Part shown: piece by piece, positions 1 through 8,132 of the stretch | Layout of the letters: every line of letters begins with the position of its first letter | Numbering within the stretch: position 1 is the first letter of the stretch | Program-made: the position numbers and the translations under genes | The notes under the pieces: model-generated | Told to the model about the DNA's origin: nothing | The model's database searches: none | What the model saw: the letters and a program-made list of their open reading frames with translations, nothing else | Source: Acidimicrobiaceae bacterium | GTDB lineage: Bacteria > Actinomycetota > Acidimicrobiia > Acidimicrobiales > JACDCH01 | DNA: 45,670 nucleotides | NCBI GenBank assembly: GCA_041166365.1 | Contig: JBEEFX010000313.1 | Location: 1-45,670, forward strand | Direction of reading: 5' to 3'

Positions 1-1
1 G

Positions 2-385
2 CGCCCGAGGAGGCGATGGCCCGCAGCGCTGGCGGCCGCGGCCGCCGCGGTACTTGCGGTCGTCGCGTTCGCGGCCGGGCGCGCCACGAACGCGTCGCCG
101 GCGTCGGTGCGCGAGGTCGCCATGACCGCCCCGTCGGGCCGGGTCGTGGGCGATTCTTACATTCACGGCGACGATCCGACGTGGGTGTTCGTCGCCGTGC
201 CGGGCTGGACCGACACGGCGAACGAGTACCGGTTGCGGGTCACGCTGGTGGACGGCGCGACAACGGAGGTGTCGGGCTCCGGCTCGTGGGGCAGCGTGCT
301 GCCGGTTGATGCGCGCCGGATTCGCGAGCTTGCGCTCATCGGCTCCGACGGCAAGGTGTGGTGCTCGGCTCTGGTGCCTGTCTGA
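2..385 (+). CDS. 5'-truncated membrane-anchored hypothetical protein (one TM helix plus ~95-aa C-terminal domain; anti-sigma-factor-like topology)
   Basis: The frame is open from the window edge. It reads ...RRRWPAALAAAAAAVLAVVAFAAG (hydrophobic helix), then SVREVAMTAPSGRVVGDSYIHGDDPTWVFVAVPGW... Codon position 3 is strongly G/C-biased. Stop TGA 383-385. No family recognised. Confidence 0.45.
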   Translation, partial: RPRRRWPAALAAAAAAVLAVVAFAAGRATNASPASVREVAMTAPSGRVVGDSYIHGDDPTWVFVAVPGWTDTANEYRLRVTLVDGATTEVSGSGSWGSVLPVDARRIRELALIGSDGKVWCSALVPV

Positions 386-433
386 TCGGTGCTCTGCGCG
401 ACTGATGACCACGCCGCACGCCCGCTGTGAGGC

Positions 434-1516
434 CTAGAGATCGCGGCGACGCACCTTGCCGAGTGCCGTCCGGGGAATGACCTCGACGAGTTCGATGTCG
501 CGGGGCGCGGCCCAGGCACCGATGCGCTCCTTGACGGCGCTGCGCAAGCCGTCGAGCGCCGGTGGGCGTGATGCGTCGCTGGGGACGACGATGGCCACGA
601 CTCGCTGACCCCACTCCGCGTCGTCGCGGCCCACGACGGCCACGTCGCCGACGCCGGGTTGACCGGAGAGGATCGCCTCGACTGCCTCGGGCCACACGTT
701 CTCGCCGCCGGTGATGATGAGCTCACCGGCGCGGCCGAAGACGCGAAGGCGGTCCGTCTCCGTGTCGAGCTCGCCGAGGTCGCCCGTGGGGAACCAGCCG
801 TCGTCATCTTTGGGATCGGTACCGTCTCGATAGGTGCGCAGCAGCATCGGGCCGCGCACGAGGATCTCGCCGCTCGGCGGCACGCGCACCTCGACGTTGT
901 CGAGGGGCACGCCGTCGTACACCACACCACTCCCGGTCTCGGTCATGCCGTAGGTCGTGACGGCGTTCGGCGGGAGGTCGTCCGGGGGTGCGGACCCGCC
1001 GAGCACGACGACGCGAAACCGGGACGTGTCGACGCGCCGGAGCGCGGTGGCGACGAGCGAGACCAAGGTGATTCCATCCGTGGCGACGGAGTCAGCGACT
1101 CTCGCAGCATCGAAGCCGTCGTGAACGACGAGCGCGGTGTTCGTCGCAAGCGCTCGCGTGACGACGGACAGGCCGCCGATGTGCCCGAGCGGAAGACAGG
1201 CCAGCCAACGGTCGTGCTGTGCATCGACGTCGAGGCGTGCGCTCGTCGCCATCGCCGACGCCCGGACGGCGTCGTGCGTGAGGACGACGCCCTTGGGCTC
1301 GCCGCTCGTCCCGCTGGTGGCGACGACGAGGGCATCACCTTCCTCGACGGGCTCATCGAGTCGCATCGACGCGAGCAAGCGATCGATCGCCGGCTGCGGC
1401 AGCCGCGTGTCGACCGGCAGCACCGCGTCACCATCGTCCCAGGCGCGTTGCAGCGCTTCGACGAACGCCGGCCCTCCGGGCATGCGGAGTGGGACGAGGC
1501 GACGCATGGAAGTCAT
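434..1516 (-). CDS. menE: o-succinylbenzoate-CoA ligase (short actinobacterial MenE type)
   Basis: AMP-binding motifs ATSGTSGEPKGVVLTH, TYGMTETG and GDLG, with the ~360-aa MenE-like architecture, inside the men locus. Start moved from ORF-track 1546 to ATG 1516 because 1521-1557 is a 17-bp hairpin. ATG 1507 is an alternative. Confidence 0.8.
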   Translation of the reverse strand: MTSMRRLVPLRMPGGPAFVEALQRAWDDGDAVLPVDTRLPQPAIDRLLASMRLDEPVEEGDALVVATSGTSGEPKGVVLTHDAVRASAMATSARLDVDAQHDRWLACLPLGHIGGLSVVTRALATNTALVVHDGFDAARVADSVATDGITLVSLVATALRRVDTSRFRVVVLGGSAPPDDLPPNAVTTYGMTETGSGVVYDGVPLDNVEVRVPPSGEILVRGPMLLRTYRDGTDPKDDDGWFPTGDLGELDTETDRLRVFGRAGELIITGGENVWPEAVEAILSGQPGVGDVAVVGRDDAEWGQRVVAIVVPSDASRPPALDGLRSAVKERIGAWAAPRDIELVEVIPRTALGKVRRRDL

Positions 1517-1520
1517 CGCT

Positions 1521-1557
1521 CGTGTGACGAGTTGCCCGAAGGGCAACCCGTCACACG
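1521..1557 (-). terminator. Strong hairpin downstream of hupB (16/17 bp stem, 3-nt loop), no U-tract
   Basis: CGTGTGACGAGTTGCCC-GAA-GGGCAACCCGTCACACG has one mismatch. It lies 14 nt after the hupB stop and 5 nt before menE ATG 1516. Confidence 0.55.
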
Positions 1558-1570
1558 GGCGACAGGACTG

Positions 1571-2005
1571 CTACCGGCGCTTGGCGGCAGCCTTCTTCTT
1601 CGCAGGTGCCTTCTTCTTGGAAGCGGGCGCGGCCTTCTTGGCCGGTGCCGCCTTCTTGGCGGGGGCCTTCTTTGCCGCGGTCTTCGCCGCAGGCGGCCAC
1701 ACTCCGGCCGCGAGCTTCGGGGCGGCGGACGGTGACATGACCGCGTCCTTGAAGCCCTTCAGCGGGGTGATCCTGGCCTTCTTCGAGGCCTTGATCTTGA
1801 TCGCCTCACCGGTGGCGGGGTTGCGTCCCATGCGAGCGGGTGCGTCGCGACGAACGAACTTCGCGAAGCCGGAGATGACGACGGGCTCGCCCTTGGCGGC
1901 CACAGCGGTGACGACCTCGGTGAAGCCGGTGAGGGTGGCGTCGACGTCCTTGTTGTTCTGTCCCGTGTGCGCGGCAATCGCGTTCACGAGTTCTCTTCGA
2001 TTCAT
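1571..2005 (-). CDS. hupB: HU-family nucleoid protein with C-terminal Lys/Ala-rich (AKKA repeat) tail
   Basis: The N-terminal 90 aa are a typical HU fold sequence ([11 protein letters not shown]...GFAKF..R.AP.R.GRNP.TGE.I.I). The tail is [41 protein letters not shown] Shine-Dalgarno lies upstream of the ATG. Confidence 0.9.
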   Translation of the reverse strand: MNRRELVNAIAAHTGQNNKDVDATLTGFTEVVTAVAAKGEPVVISGFAKFVRRDAPARMGRNPATGEAIKIKASKKARITPLKGFKDAVMSPSAAPKLAAGVWPPAAKTAAKKAPAKKAAPAKKAAPASKKKAPAKKKAAAKRR

Positions 2006-2109
2006 TCAAGACCTCCAGTAGGGAGCAACCAGCATGCCCCATCGGGAGCAGGCGGCGGTGCGCCCCCGGGATTGTCGCCGGAACGGCGCGGCCGAGCAGA
2101 CTCCAGCTG

Positions 2110-3003
2110 ATGACAGCTTCGACTGGTTCGACGGGATCACGGATCCGACCGGGGGCCGAGTGGAAGCCCGCCGGAGACCATGAATACGGCGACATTCGGT
2201 TCGAGATCGCATCACCATCCGGCGTCGGCGCCATGGCCAAGATCACGATCTGCCGTCCCGAGGTCCGCAATGCGTTCCGGCCGCAGACGTTGTTCGAGCT
2301 CCAGCACGCGTTCAACGAGGCGCGGGACGATCCCGATGTCGGTGTGATCATCCTCACCGGCGAGGGTGACGAGGCCTTCTGCTCCGGTGGTGATCAACGC
2401 ATCCGAGGCGACGACGGATACATCGGTGACGACGCGGTCGCCCAGAAGGGCATCGGCCGCCTCAACGTCCTCGACCTCCAGGTGCAGATCCGTCGCACGC
2501 CGAAGCCCGTCATCGCGATGGTGGCCGGCTACGCGATCGGCGGCGGTCACGTGTTGCATGTCGTGTGCGATCTGACGATCGCGGCCGACAACGCGCGGTT
2601 CGGACAGACCGGCCCGCGCGTCGGTTCGTTCGACGGGGGCTATGGCTCAGGGCTGCTCGCCCGTCAGATCGGCCAGAAGTTCGCACGCGAGGTGTGGTTC
2701 CTCTGCCGTCAGTACGACGCGCCGCGCGCGTACGAGATGGGGCTCGTGAACACCGTCGTTCCGCTCGAGGAGCTCGAGGAGGAGACCGTGCGGTGGTGCG
2801 AGGAGATGCTGCAGCACAGCCCGCTCGCGCTGCGCATGATCAAGGCGTCGATGAACGCGGCCGACGACGGCCTTGCCGGCATCCAGCAGCTCGCCGGGGA
2901 CGCAACGCTGCTCTACTACCAGACCGAGGAAGCACGAGAGGGCCGCGACGCGTACGTCGGCAAACGTCGCCCGGACTTTTCGAAGTTCCCGAAGCGCCCG
3001 TGA
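2110..3003 (+). CDS. menB: 1,4-dihydroxy-2-naphthoyl-CoA synthase
   Basis: Crotonase fold with MenB-specific stretches [46 protein letters not shown] and [11 protein letters not shown]. Confidence 0.92.
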   Translation: MTASTGSTGSRIRPGAEWKPAGDHEYGDIRFEIASPSGVGAMAKITICRPEVRNAFRPQTLFELQHAFNEARDDPDVGVIILTGEGDEAFCSGGDQRIRGDDGYIGDDAVAQKGIGRLNVLDLQVQIRRTPKPVIAMVAGYAIGGGHVLHVVCDLTIAADNARFGQTGPRVGSFDGGYGSGLLARQIGQKFAREVWFLCRQYDAPRAYEMGLVNTVVPLEELEEETVRWCEEMLQHSPLALRMIKASMNAADDGLAGIQQLAGDATLLYYQTEEAREGRDAYVGKRRPDFSKFPKRP

Positions 3004-3872
3004 AATGGGTCGCGGGGGCGCGGCCGCGCACTCTCCCCGCGGCGATCGTGCCGGTGCTGGTGGGCACCGCGTGTGCGGTGGGAGAGACGAAGCTCATCTG
3101 GTGGCGCGCGGTCGCCGCGATGGTGGCCGCCGTGGCCATCCAGGTCGGCACGAACTATGCGAACGACCACAGCGACGGCAAGCGCGGGACGGATGATCCG
3201 TCTCGCCGCACCGGTCCGGTCCGCCTCGTCGGATCGGGGCTCGCGTCCGCTCGCGCCGTGCTCGTCGCGGCGTTGGGCGCGTTCACCGTCGCTGGTCTCG
3301 CTGGGCTCTCGTTGGCCGTGGCGGTCGACCCGCGGCTGCTGATCGTCGGTGTCGCGTCGTTCGCTGCAGGTTGGTTGTACACCGGCGGACCGAGGCCGTA
3401 CGGCTACGCGGGCTTCGGTGAGGTGTTCGTCTTCCTGTTCTTCGGACTCGTCGCGACGGTGGGCTCGACGTACGTGCAGACCGAGCGCATCACGGGACTG
3501 TCGCTCGGCGCTTCGATCCCCGTCGGATTGCTCGCCACCGCGCTACTCGTCGTCAACAACCTGCGCGACATCCCGAGCGACACCGAGTCGGGCAAGCGCA
3601 CGCTCGCGGTGCGCCTCGGTGACTCGCGCACGCGAGTGCTCTACGTCGCCTTGCTGGTCGGCGCCGTCGTCGCCGTACCGCTGGTGTGTGGGCTCGGGCA
3701 ACGTCCCGCGGGCGCCCTCGCACTCATCGCCGTCCCACTCGCGCAAAGGCCGGTGACCGCGGTGCTGAGCGGCGCGCGTGGCCCCGCGCTGATTCCTGTA
3801 TTGGTGGCAACGGGGCGTGTTCAGCTGGTCTTCGGCACGCTGTTCGCCGTCGGCCTGGCGCTCAAGACGTAG
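3000..3872 (+). CDS. menA: 1,4-dihydroxy-2-naphthoate polyprenyltransferase (UbiA family)
   Basis: Polytopic UbiA-type sequence with [12 protein letters not shown] (NxxND motif) and [22 protein letters not shown] 3000 overlaps the menB stop (GTGA). The upstream part of ORF 2565 is an out-of-frame read through menB. Confidence 0.88.
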   Translation: MKWVAGARPRTLPAAIVPVLVGTACAVGETKLIWWRAVAAMVAAVAIQVGTNYANDHSDGKRGTDDPSRRTGPVRLVGSGLASARAVLVAALGAFTVAGLAGLSLAVAVDPRLLIVGVASFAAGWLYTGGPRPYGYAGFGEVFVFLFFGLVATVGSTYVQTERITGLSLGASIPVGLLATALLVVNNLRDIPSDTESGKRTLAVRLGDSRTRVLYVALLVGAVVAVPLVCGLGQRPAGALALIAVPLAQRPVTAVLSGARGPALIPVLVATGRVQLVFGTLFAVGLALKT

Positions 3873-4632
3873 CGAGCCAGTCCCGCAGCGTCGACAGGAA
3901 TCGCTCGGGCTGCTCGAGGTGGGCGGCATGACCCGACCCTTCGATGATCGCGAGGCTGGCGTTCGCGCCGATCGACTCCACGAGACGCGCGCCCTCTGCG
4001 CTGAACTTCGCATCCTCCGCTCCCGCCACGACCAACGCGGGCATCTCGAGCCGATCGAGCCGTTCCCACAACGGATCCTGCGATCCGGTACCGGCCTGCC
4101 GCAGGCTCTCGGCCAAGCCTTCGACGGTGTTCTCCAGGCGCTCCGCTCTGAACTGCATCTCCTCGGAGAGGCCTGCGAACAGCGGTTGCGCCAGCCACGC
4201 GTCGAGAAACGGTTGCAAGCCCTCGCGCTCGAGGCGAGCGGCCAGCGCCTCGTCGTTCGCCTTGCGCTCGGCGCGGGATGCGGCGTCGTCGATGCCGGCC
4301 GTTCCCCCGATGAGCACGAGCCGGTGCACGAGCTCGGGATTGGCCAACGCGAGGTGGAGCACGAACCGGGCACCCATCGAATAGCCGATGTAGGTGGCGA
4401 TGCCTCCTTGGTCGGCGATGAGCCGAGCGCCCGTGCGAAGGCCCGCATGGAACGACGACGAGCCCCCGTGTCCCGGGGCATCGACCCGCACGACCTCGTG
4501 ATCGCGGGCCAGCTCGGCGGCGACCGGGCCCCAGCAATTGCGGTTCTGGGCGAACCCGTGGACGAGCACGACCCGCGGGCCGCGGCCATCGACCTCGGCG
4601 TGCAGCATGCTGAGCGAGCCGTCATTCGTCAT
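3862..4632 (-). CDS. menH: alpha/beta hydrolase, probable SHCHC synthase
   Basis: VVLVHGF, GYSMGAR (GxSxG) and GHAAHLE motifs. It lies between menA and menD. Confidence 0.7.
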   Translation of the reverse strand: MTNDGSLSMLHAEVDGRGPRVVLVHGFAQNRNCWGPVAAELARDHEVVRVDAPGHGGSSSFHAGLRTGARLIADQGGIATYIGYSMGARFVLHLALANPELVHRLVLIGGTAGIDDAASRAERKANDEALAARLEREGLQPFLDAWLAQPLFAGLSEEMQFRAERLENTVEGLAESLRQAGTGSQDPLWERLDRLEMPALVVAGAEDAKFSAEGARLVESIGANASLAIIEGSGHAAHLEQPERFLSTLRDWLATS

Positions 4633-4661
4633 CCGGCGGAGCTTTCCACGAAGATGGATTC

Positions 4662-6251
4662 GTGACCGCGCAAGCGACGTTCTGCGCGACGTTGGTCGAC
4701 GAGTGGGTGCGCGCCGGTGTCACCGAAGCAGTGATCGCACCCGGTTCGCGATCCACGCCACTCGCGCTTGCACTCCGCCACCGGCCGGAGATGCACGTGC
4801 ACGTCTTCCACGACGAGCGGGCGGCGTCGTTCTGCGCGCTCGGGATCGGGCTCGCCTCTGGCCGGCCGGCCGTGGTCGTCACGACAAGTGGCACCGCGGC
4901 GACCCATCTGCACGCGGCAGTCGTCGAGGCCGACCTGGCCGGCGTCCCGTTGCTGGTCTGCACGGCCGACCGCCCGCCTGAGCTCCGGGACGTCGGCGCA
5001 CCGCAGACGATCGATCAGTCGCACCTGTACGGGCGGTCCGTGCGTTGGTTCTTCGATCCCGGTGTGGCCGACGACGCGATACGCGGGTCGTGGCGATCGA
5101 TCGCCGCGCGTTCGGTGGCGACGACCACCGCCGACCCGCCCGGGCCGGTGCACCTGAACCTGCCCTTCCGCGACCCACTGGTGGGTGAGCCGGCGCCGCT
5201 ACCCGAAGGGCGGACGGACGGCTCCCCGTGGACGATCCGCAACGCCGATGCGCCGGTCCGCGTCGATGCGCCGAGCGGTCGAACGGTCGTGATCGGTGCG
5301 GCCGCCGGCGACTGCGGCCATCCCGTCATCGCGGATGCGCGGTGCGGCGTCGAAGGCCCGAGCGTCGTCCTCCACGCCGATGCCATCCTGCGTCACCTCC
5401 AGCTCGCGCCGGACGTGATCGTGCGCGTCGGGCCGCAGCCGGCATCGCGGGTGGTCAACGAGTGGGCCGCCGGGTCGGGTGCGCGGGAGATCGTGGTGGC
5501 GCGCGGCTGGCGCGACCCTGCGCACACGGCGAGCCAGATCGTTGGCGGGATCGCCTTCGGCCCACCGGACGATGTCTGGATGGCGCAATGGCGAACCGCG
5601 TCCGACGCCGCCGAGGCCGCCGTCGCCGATCTTCTCGACGATCCCGTCACGGTGAGCGAACCGTTCGTTGCCCGCTCGCTGCTGCGGTCGATGCTCGTCG
5701 ACTCCGAGCTCGTGGTGGCGTCGTCGATGCCCGTGCGCGATCTCGAGTGGTACGGCCGCCCGCGAGCCGATGTGCGCGTCCACGCGAACCGCGGGGCCAA
5801 CGGCATCGACGGCACGATCTCCACGGCGATCGGCGTAGCGCTCGCGTCCGGCAACCCGACCGCGGTGTTGCTCGGCGACGTCGCCTTCCTGCACGACTCG
5901 ACGGCGCTGGTCGGCATCAGGCCGCGGGACATCGCCCTCACGATCGTCGTGGTGGACAACGACGGTGGCGGGATCTTCTCGTTCCTGCCGCAAGCGACGT
6001 CGATCGCGCCGGAGACGTTCGAGGAGCTCTTCGGCACTCCGCATGGGGTCAAGCCCGAGGAGCTCGCCGCCGCGCACGGCATCGCGTCGCTCACGATCGA
6101 GGACCCAGGAGCCTTTCCGGCGGCGATCCGATCGACGATGACCACGGGCGGCGTGTGGTTGGTGGTGGTGCGCACGGATCGAGCCGAGAACGTGAAGGTG
6201 CACCAGGCGTTGAACGACGCCGTTGGTCGGGCGCTCGGCGCGATCCCCTAA
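4662..6251 (+). CDS. menD: SEPHCHC synthase (ThDP-dependent)
   Basis: N-terminus ATFCATLVDEWVRAGVTEAVIAPGSRSTPLALAL and ThDP motif LLGDVAFLHD...VVVDNDGGGIF. GTG start. Confidence 0.9.
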   Translation: MTAQATFCATLVDEWVRAGVTEAVIAPGSRSTPLALALRHRPEMHVHVFHDERAASFCALGIGLASGRPAVVVTTSGTAATHLHAAVVEADLAGVPLLVCTADRPPELRDVGAPQTIDQSHLYGRSVRWFFDPGVADDAIRGSWRSIAARSVATTTADPPGPVHLNLPFRDPLVGEPAPLPEGRTDGSPWTIRNADAPVRVDAPSGRTVVIGAAAGDCGHPVIADARCGVEGPSVVLHADAILRHLQLAPDVIVRVGPQPASRVVNEWAAGSGAREIVVARGWRDPAHTASQIVGGIAFGPPDDVWMAQWRTASDAAEAAVADLLDDPVTVSEPFVARSLLRSMLVDSELVVASSMPVRDLEWYGRPRADVRVHANRGANGIDGTISTAIGVALASGNPTAVLLGDVAFLHDSTALVGIRPRDIALTIVVVDNDGGGIFSFLPQATSIAPETFEELFGTPHGVKPEELAAAHGIASLTIEDPGAFPAAIRSTMTTGGVWLVVVRTDRAENVKVHQALNDAVGRALGAIP

Positions 6252-7429
6252 GGGCGCACGAGGGCGGACAGCATGGCCTGGAACTTGGCGCGGGTTTCGG
6301 CCAGCTCCGTCGTGGGGTCGGAGTCGGCCACGATGCCGTTGCCCGCGTAGAGCCGAGCCACCGACCCATCGAGCGCCGCGCATCGCAGGCTCACCGCCCA
6401 TGACCCGTTGCCGCCTCCGTCGACCCAGCCGACGGCACCCGCGTACCGGCCGCGGTCGAAGCCCTCGTGCTCGAGGATGAAGGCCAGCGCCGCGTCTCGG
6501 GGGCTGCCGCACACCGCGGGAGTCGGATGCAACGCCGCCACGAGCTCGAGCACGGATGGTGCGGGTTGCGACAGCCGCCCTTCGACCAGCGTCGCGAGAT
6601 GTTGCACGTTGGCCACCGGCACGATCGACGGTTCGGCTTCGTAGTCGATGTACGAGCACCAGTCGAGCAGCGTGTCGTGCACCATGTCGATGGTGATCTG
6701 GTGCTCCTCGCGGTCCTTGACCGACGCGAGGAGCGAGGCGGCGAGACGGGCATCGGTCGCGGGATCGCCGCCTCGCGCCGCGGTACCCGCCATGGGATGC
6801 GAGCGCACCACGTCGCCGGCTCGCGACACGAGCAGCTCGGGGCTCGCACCGAGGAAGCCGTCGACGCAGTAGAGGTGGCAGCCCGGGTAGGTCGCTCGCA
6901 GCCGGCTCAGGACGCTGACGCGATCGAAGGGCGCATCCGCGGTGACCACGAGCTCGCGCGCGAGCGCCACCTTCCGCAGCCCGCCGTCGGCCATCGCTTT
7001 CGTGGCCTGCTCGACGAGCTCGCACCACGACTCCGGCGAACGGCTCGGCTCCACCGTGAAGCGGCTCGGCGATTCTCGAGGCAATAGGGGCCGCTCAGCG
7101 GCCCCTATTGCCTCGAGTTCGCCGCTTTGGCGGATCACGGTGTGCCAGCGGGTGCCGTCGTCGGCCCGACCCCAGATCTCCGCGGGCACGATGAGCTCGG
7201 CGGGCACCTGTGGGTCGAACGGCAGCGCGCCGAACGCCACGGGTCCGCATCCCGGCAGGCCGACCTCGTCGTCGACGTCGATGCTCGCGAGCACCGCCTC
7301 AGCTTCGGCTGGTGCAACCCGCCGCGCCACGCCGCGTCCCGCGAGCCCCAGCCGGTTGCGTTCGAACAGCAGGTCGCCGGCAGTCAGCAGGTCCACGTCG
7401 GCGTCGAGCCAGCGTGTCGTGGCCTTCAC
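6248..7429 (-). CDS. menF: isochorismate synthase
   Basis: Chorismate-binding C-terminus LHPTPAVCGSP, FDRGRYAGAVGWVD and LYAGNGIVADSDP..E..ET..K. GTG 7429 overlaps the menG stop (GTGA). The longer ORF to 7765 is Arg-rich junk overlapping menG. Confidence 0.85.
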   Translation of the reverse strand: MKATTRWLDADVDLLTAGDLLFERNRLGLAGRGVARRVAPAEAEAVLASIDVDDEVGLPGCGPVAFGALPFDPQVPAELIVPAEIWGRADDGTRWHTVIRQSGELEAIGAAERPLLPRESPSRFTVEPSRSPESWCELVEQATKAMADGGLRKVALARELVVTADAPFDRVSVLSRLRATYPGCHLYCVDGFLGASPELLVSRAGDVVRSHPMAGTAARGGDPATDARLAASLLASVKDREEHQITIDMVHDTLLDWCSYIDYEAEPSIVPVANVQHLATLVEGRLSQPAPSVLELVAALHPTPAVCGSPRDAALAFILEHEGFDRGRYAGAVGWVDGGGNGSWAVSLRCAALDGSVARLYAGNGIVADSDPTTELAETRAKFQAMLSALVRP

Positions 7430-8106
7430 GTCCGCGTTCCCGTGATCAGTTGCGCGATGCCACCCGACAGAGCATCGCGCCGCACGTCCGTGAAGCCTGC
7501 GGCCCGCACCATCTCGAGCAACTCGGCCGTCTCGGGCAGATAGGCGACCGACTTCGGCAGGTAGCGGTAGGCCGCGCCATCGGACAGCAGTGCTCCGATG
7601 CGGGGCACGACACGGCCGAAGTACACGGCGTGCCCCCAGCGCAGGATGCGGTTCGTCGGTGTGGCCACCTCGAGCAGCGCGATGCGCCCGCCGGGCCGGA
7701 CCACCCGGGCGAGCGACGCGAGGAACGGTGCGAGGGCGACGAAGTTGCGCAGCGCGAATCCGCACGTCGCCCCGTCGACGGACGCATCCGGTGCCGACAG
7801 TTGCAGCGCGTCGGCTTGTACCAACGGTGCTGCGGTGTGCGCTGCGGTCAGCATGCCGAACGACAGGTCCACGCCGAGCGGCAAGTAGCCGGAACGCTGC
7901 AACTCGTCACACAGATCACCCGTGCCGCACGCGAGGTCGAGCACCTTGGCCTTCGGGCCGAGCCCGAGGGCGCGCACCGTTCGCCGCCGCCAGCCGACGT
8001 CCATGCGGAACGTCATGATCCGGTTGACCAGGTCGTAGCGGGGAGCGATGGCGTCGAACATGGTCCGTACGGCTCGAACCTTCTCGTCTCCCTGCGGCAA
8101 CGCCAT
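7426..8106 (-). CDS. menG: demethylmenaquinone methyltransferase (UbiE/MenG family)
   Basis: MFDAIAPRYDLVN, SAM motif VLDLACGTGD, and FALRNF...RVVRPGGRIALLE. Confidence 0.88.
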   Translation of the reverse strand: MALPQGDEKVRAVRTMFDAIAPRYDLVNRIMTFRMDVGWRRRTVRALGLGPKAKVLDLACGTGDLCDELQRSGYLPLGVDLSFGMLTAAHTAAPLVQADALQLSAPDASVDGATCGFALRNFVALAPFLASLARVVRPGGRIALLEVATPTNRILRWGHAVYFGRVVPRIGALLSDGAAYRYLPKSVAYLPETAELLEMVRAAGFTDVRRDALSGGIAQLITGTRT

Positions 8107-8116
8107 ACGGGTTGGG

Positions 8117-8126
8117 ACCGTATCGT
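8117..8126. promoter_or_regulatory. Overlapping divergent -10 hexamers (ACCGTATCGT) for menG and the M50 protease gene
   Basis: Plus strand: TATCGT at 8121-8126, 6 nt before GTG 8133. Minus strand: TACGGT (8122-8117), 10 nt before ATG 8106. There is no SD on either side. Confidence 0.45.
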
Positions 8127-8132
8127 CATGGT

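Noticed and set aside
1536-1549. The identical 14-mer CCGAAGGGCAACCC occurs at 1536-1549 (upstream of menE) and at 8137-8150 (upstream of menG on the minus strand). It was considered as a possible men regulon operator.
   Set aside because: A rough estimate (per-base match probability near 0.29 at this composition, both strands) predicts tens of identical 14-mer pairs in 45 kb by chance. The two copies sit at different distances from their start codons. One is simply part of the hupB hairpin and the other is coding sequence of the M50 gene.
2565-3872. Longest-ORF N-terminal extensions in the track. Affected genes are menA (2565), menF (7765), rlmN (16092), the VIT gene (15951), mshD (17674), hisA (21642), the HK (30001), trpB (31468), the HIT-like gene (33298), bcp (37608), glbO (36502), the DinB-like gene (39590), the sigma factor (41768) and ogt (42208).
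   Set aside because: The extensions overlap neighbouring genes, read as low-complexity Arg-rich sequence, and are not needed for the homologous domains. Downstream starts that create ATGA/GTGA overlaps, or that sit 6-8 nt after a TANNNT hexamer, fit much better.
5199-7028. Long antisense or alternative-frame ORFs. These are 5199-7028 (609 aa), 17514-18848, the bulk of 18307-19806, 19982-21481, 25201-26835, 26434-28158, 27903-29648, 40543-41883 and 40602-41918.
   Set aside because: All are Arg/Ala/Gly/Pro-rich, have no recognisable motifs, and overlap well-supported genes. This is the typical stop-codon-poor shadow ORF of high-GC DNA.
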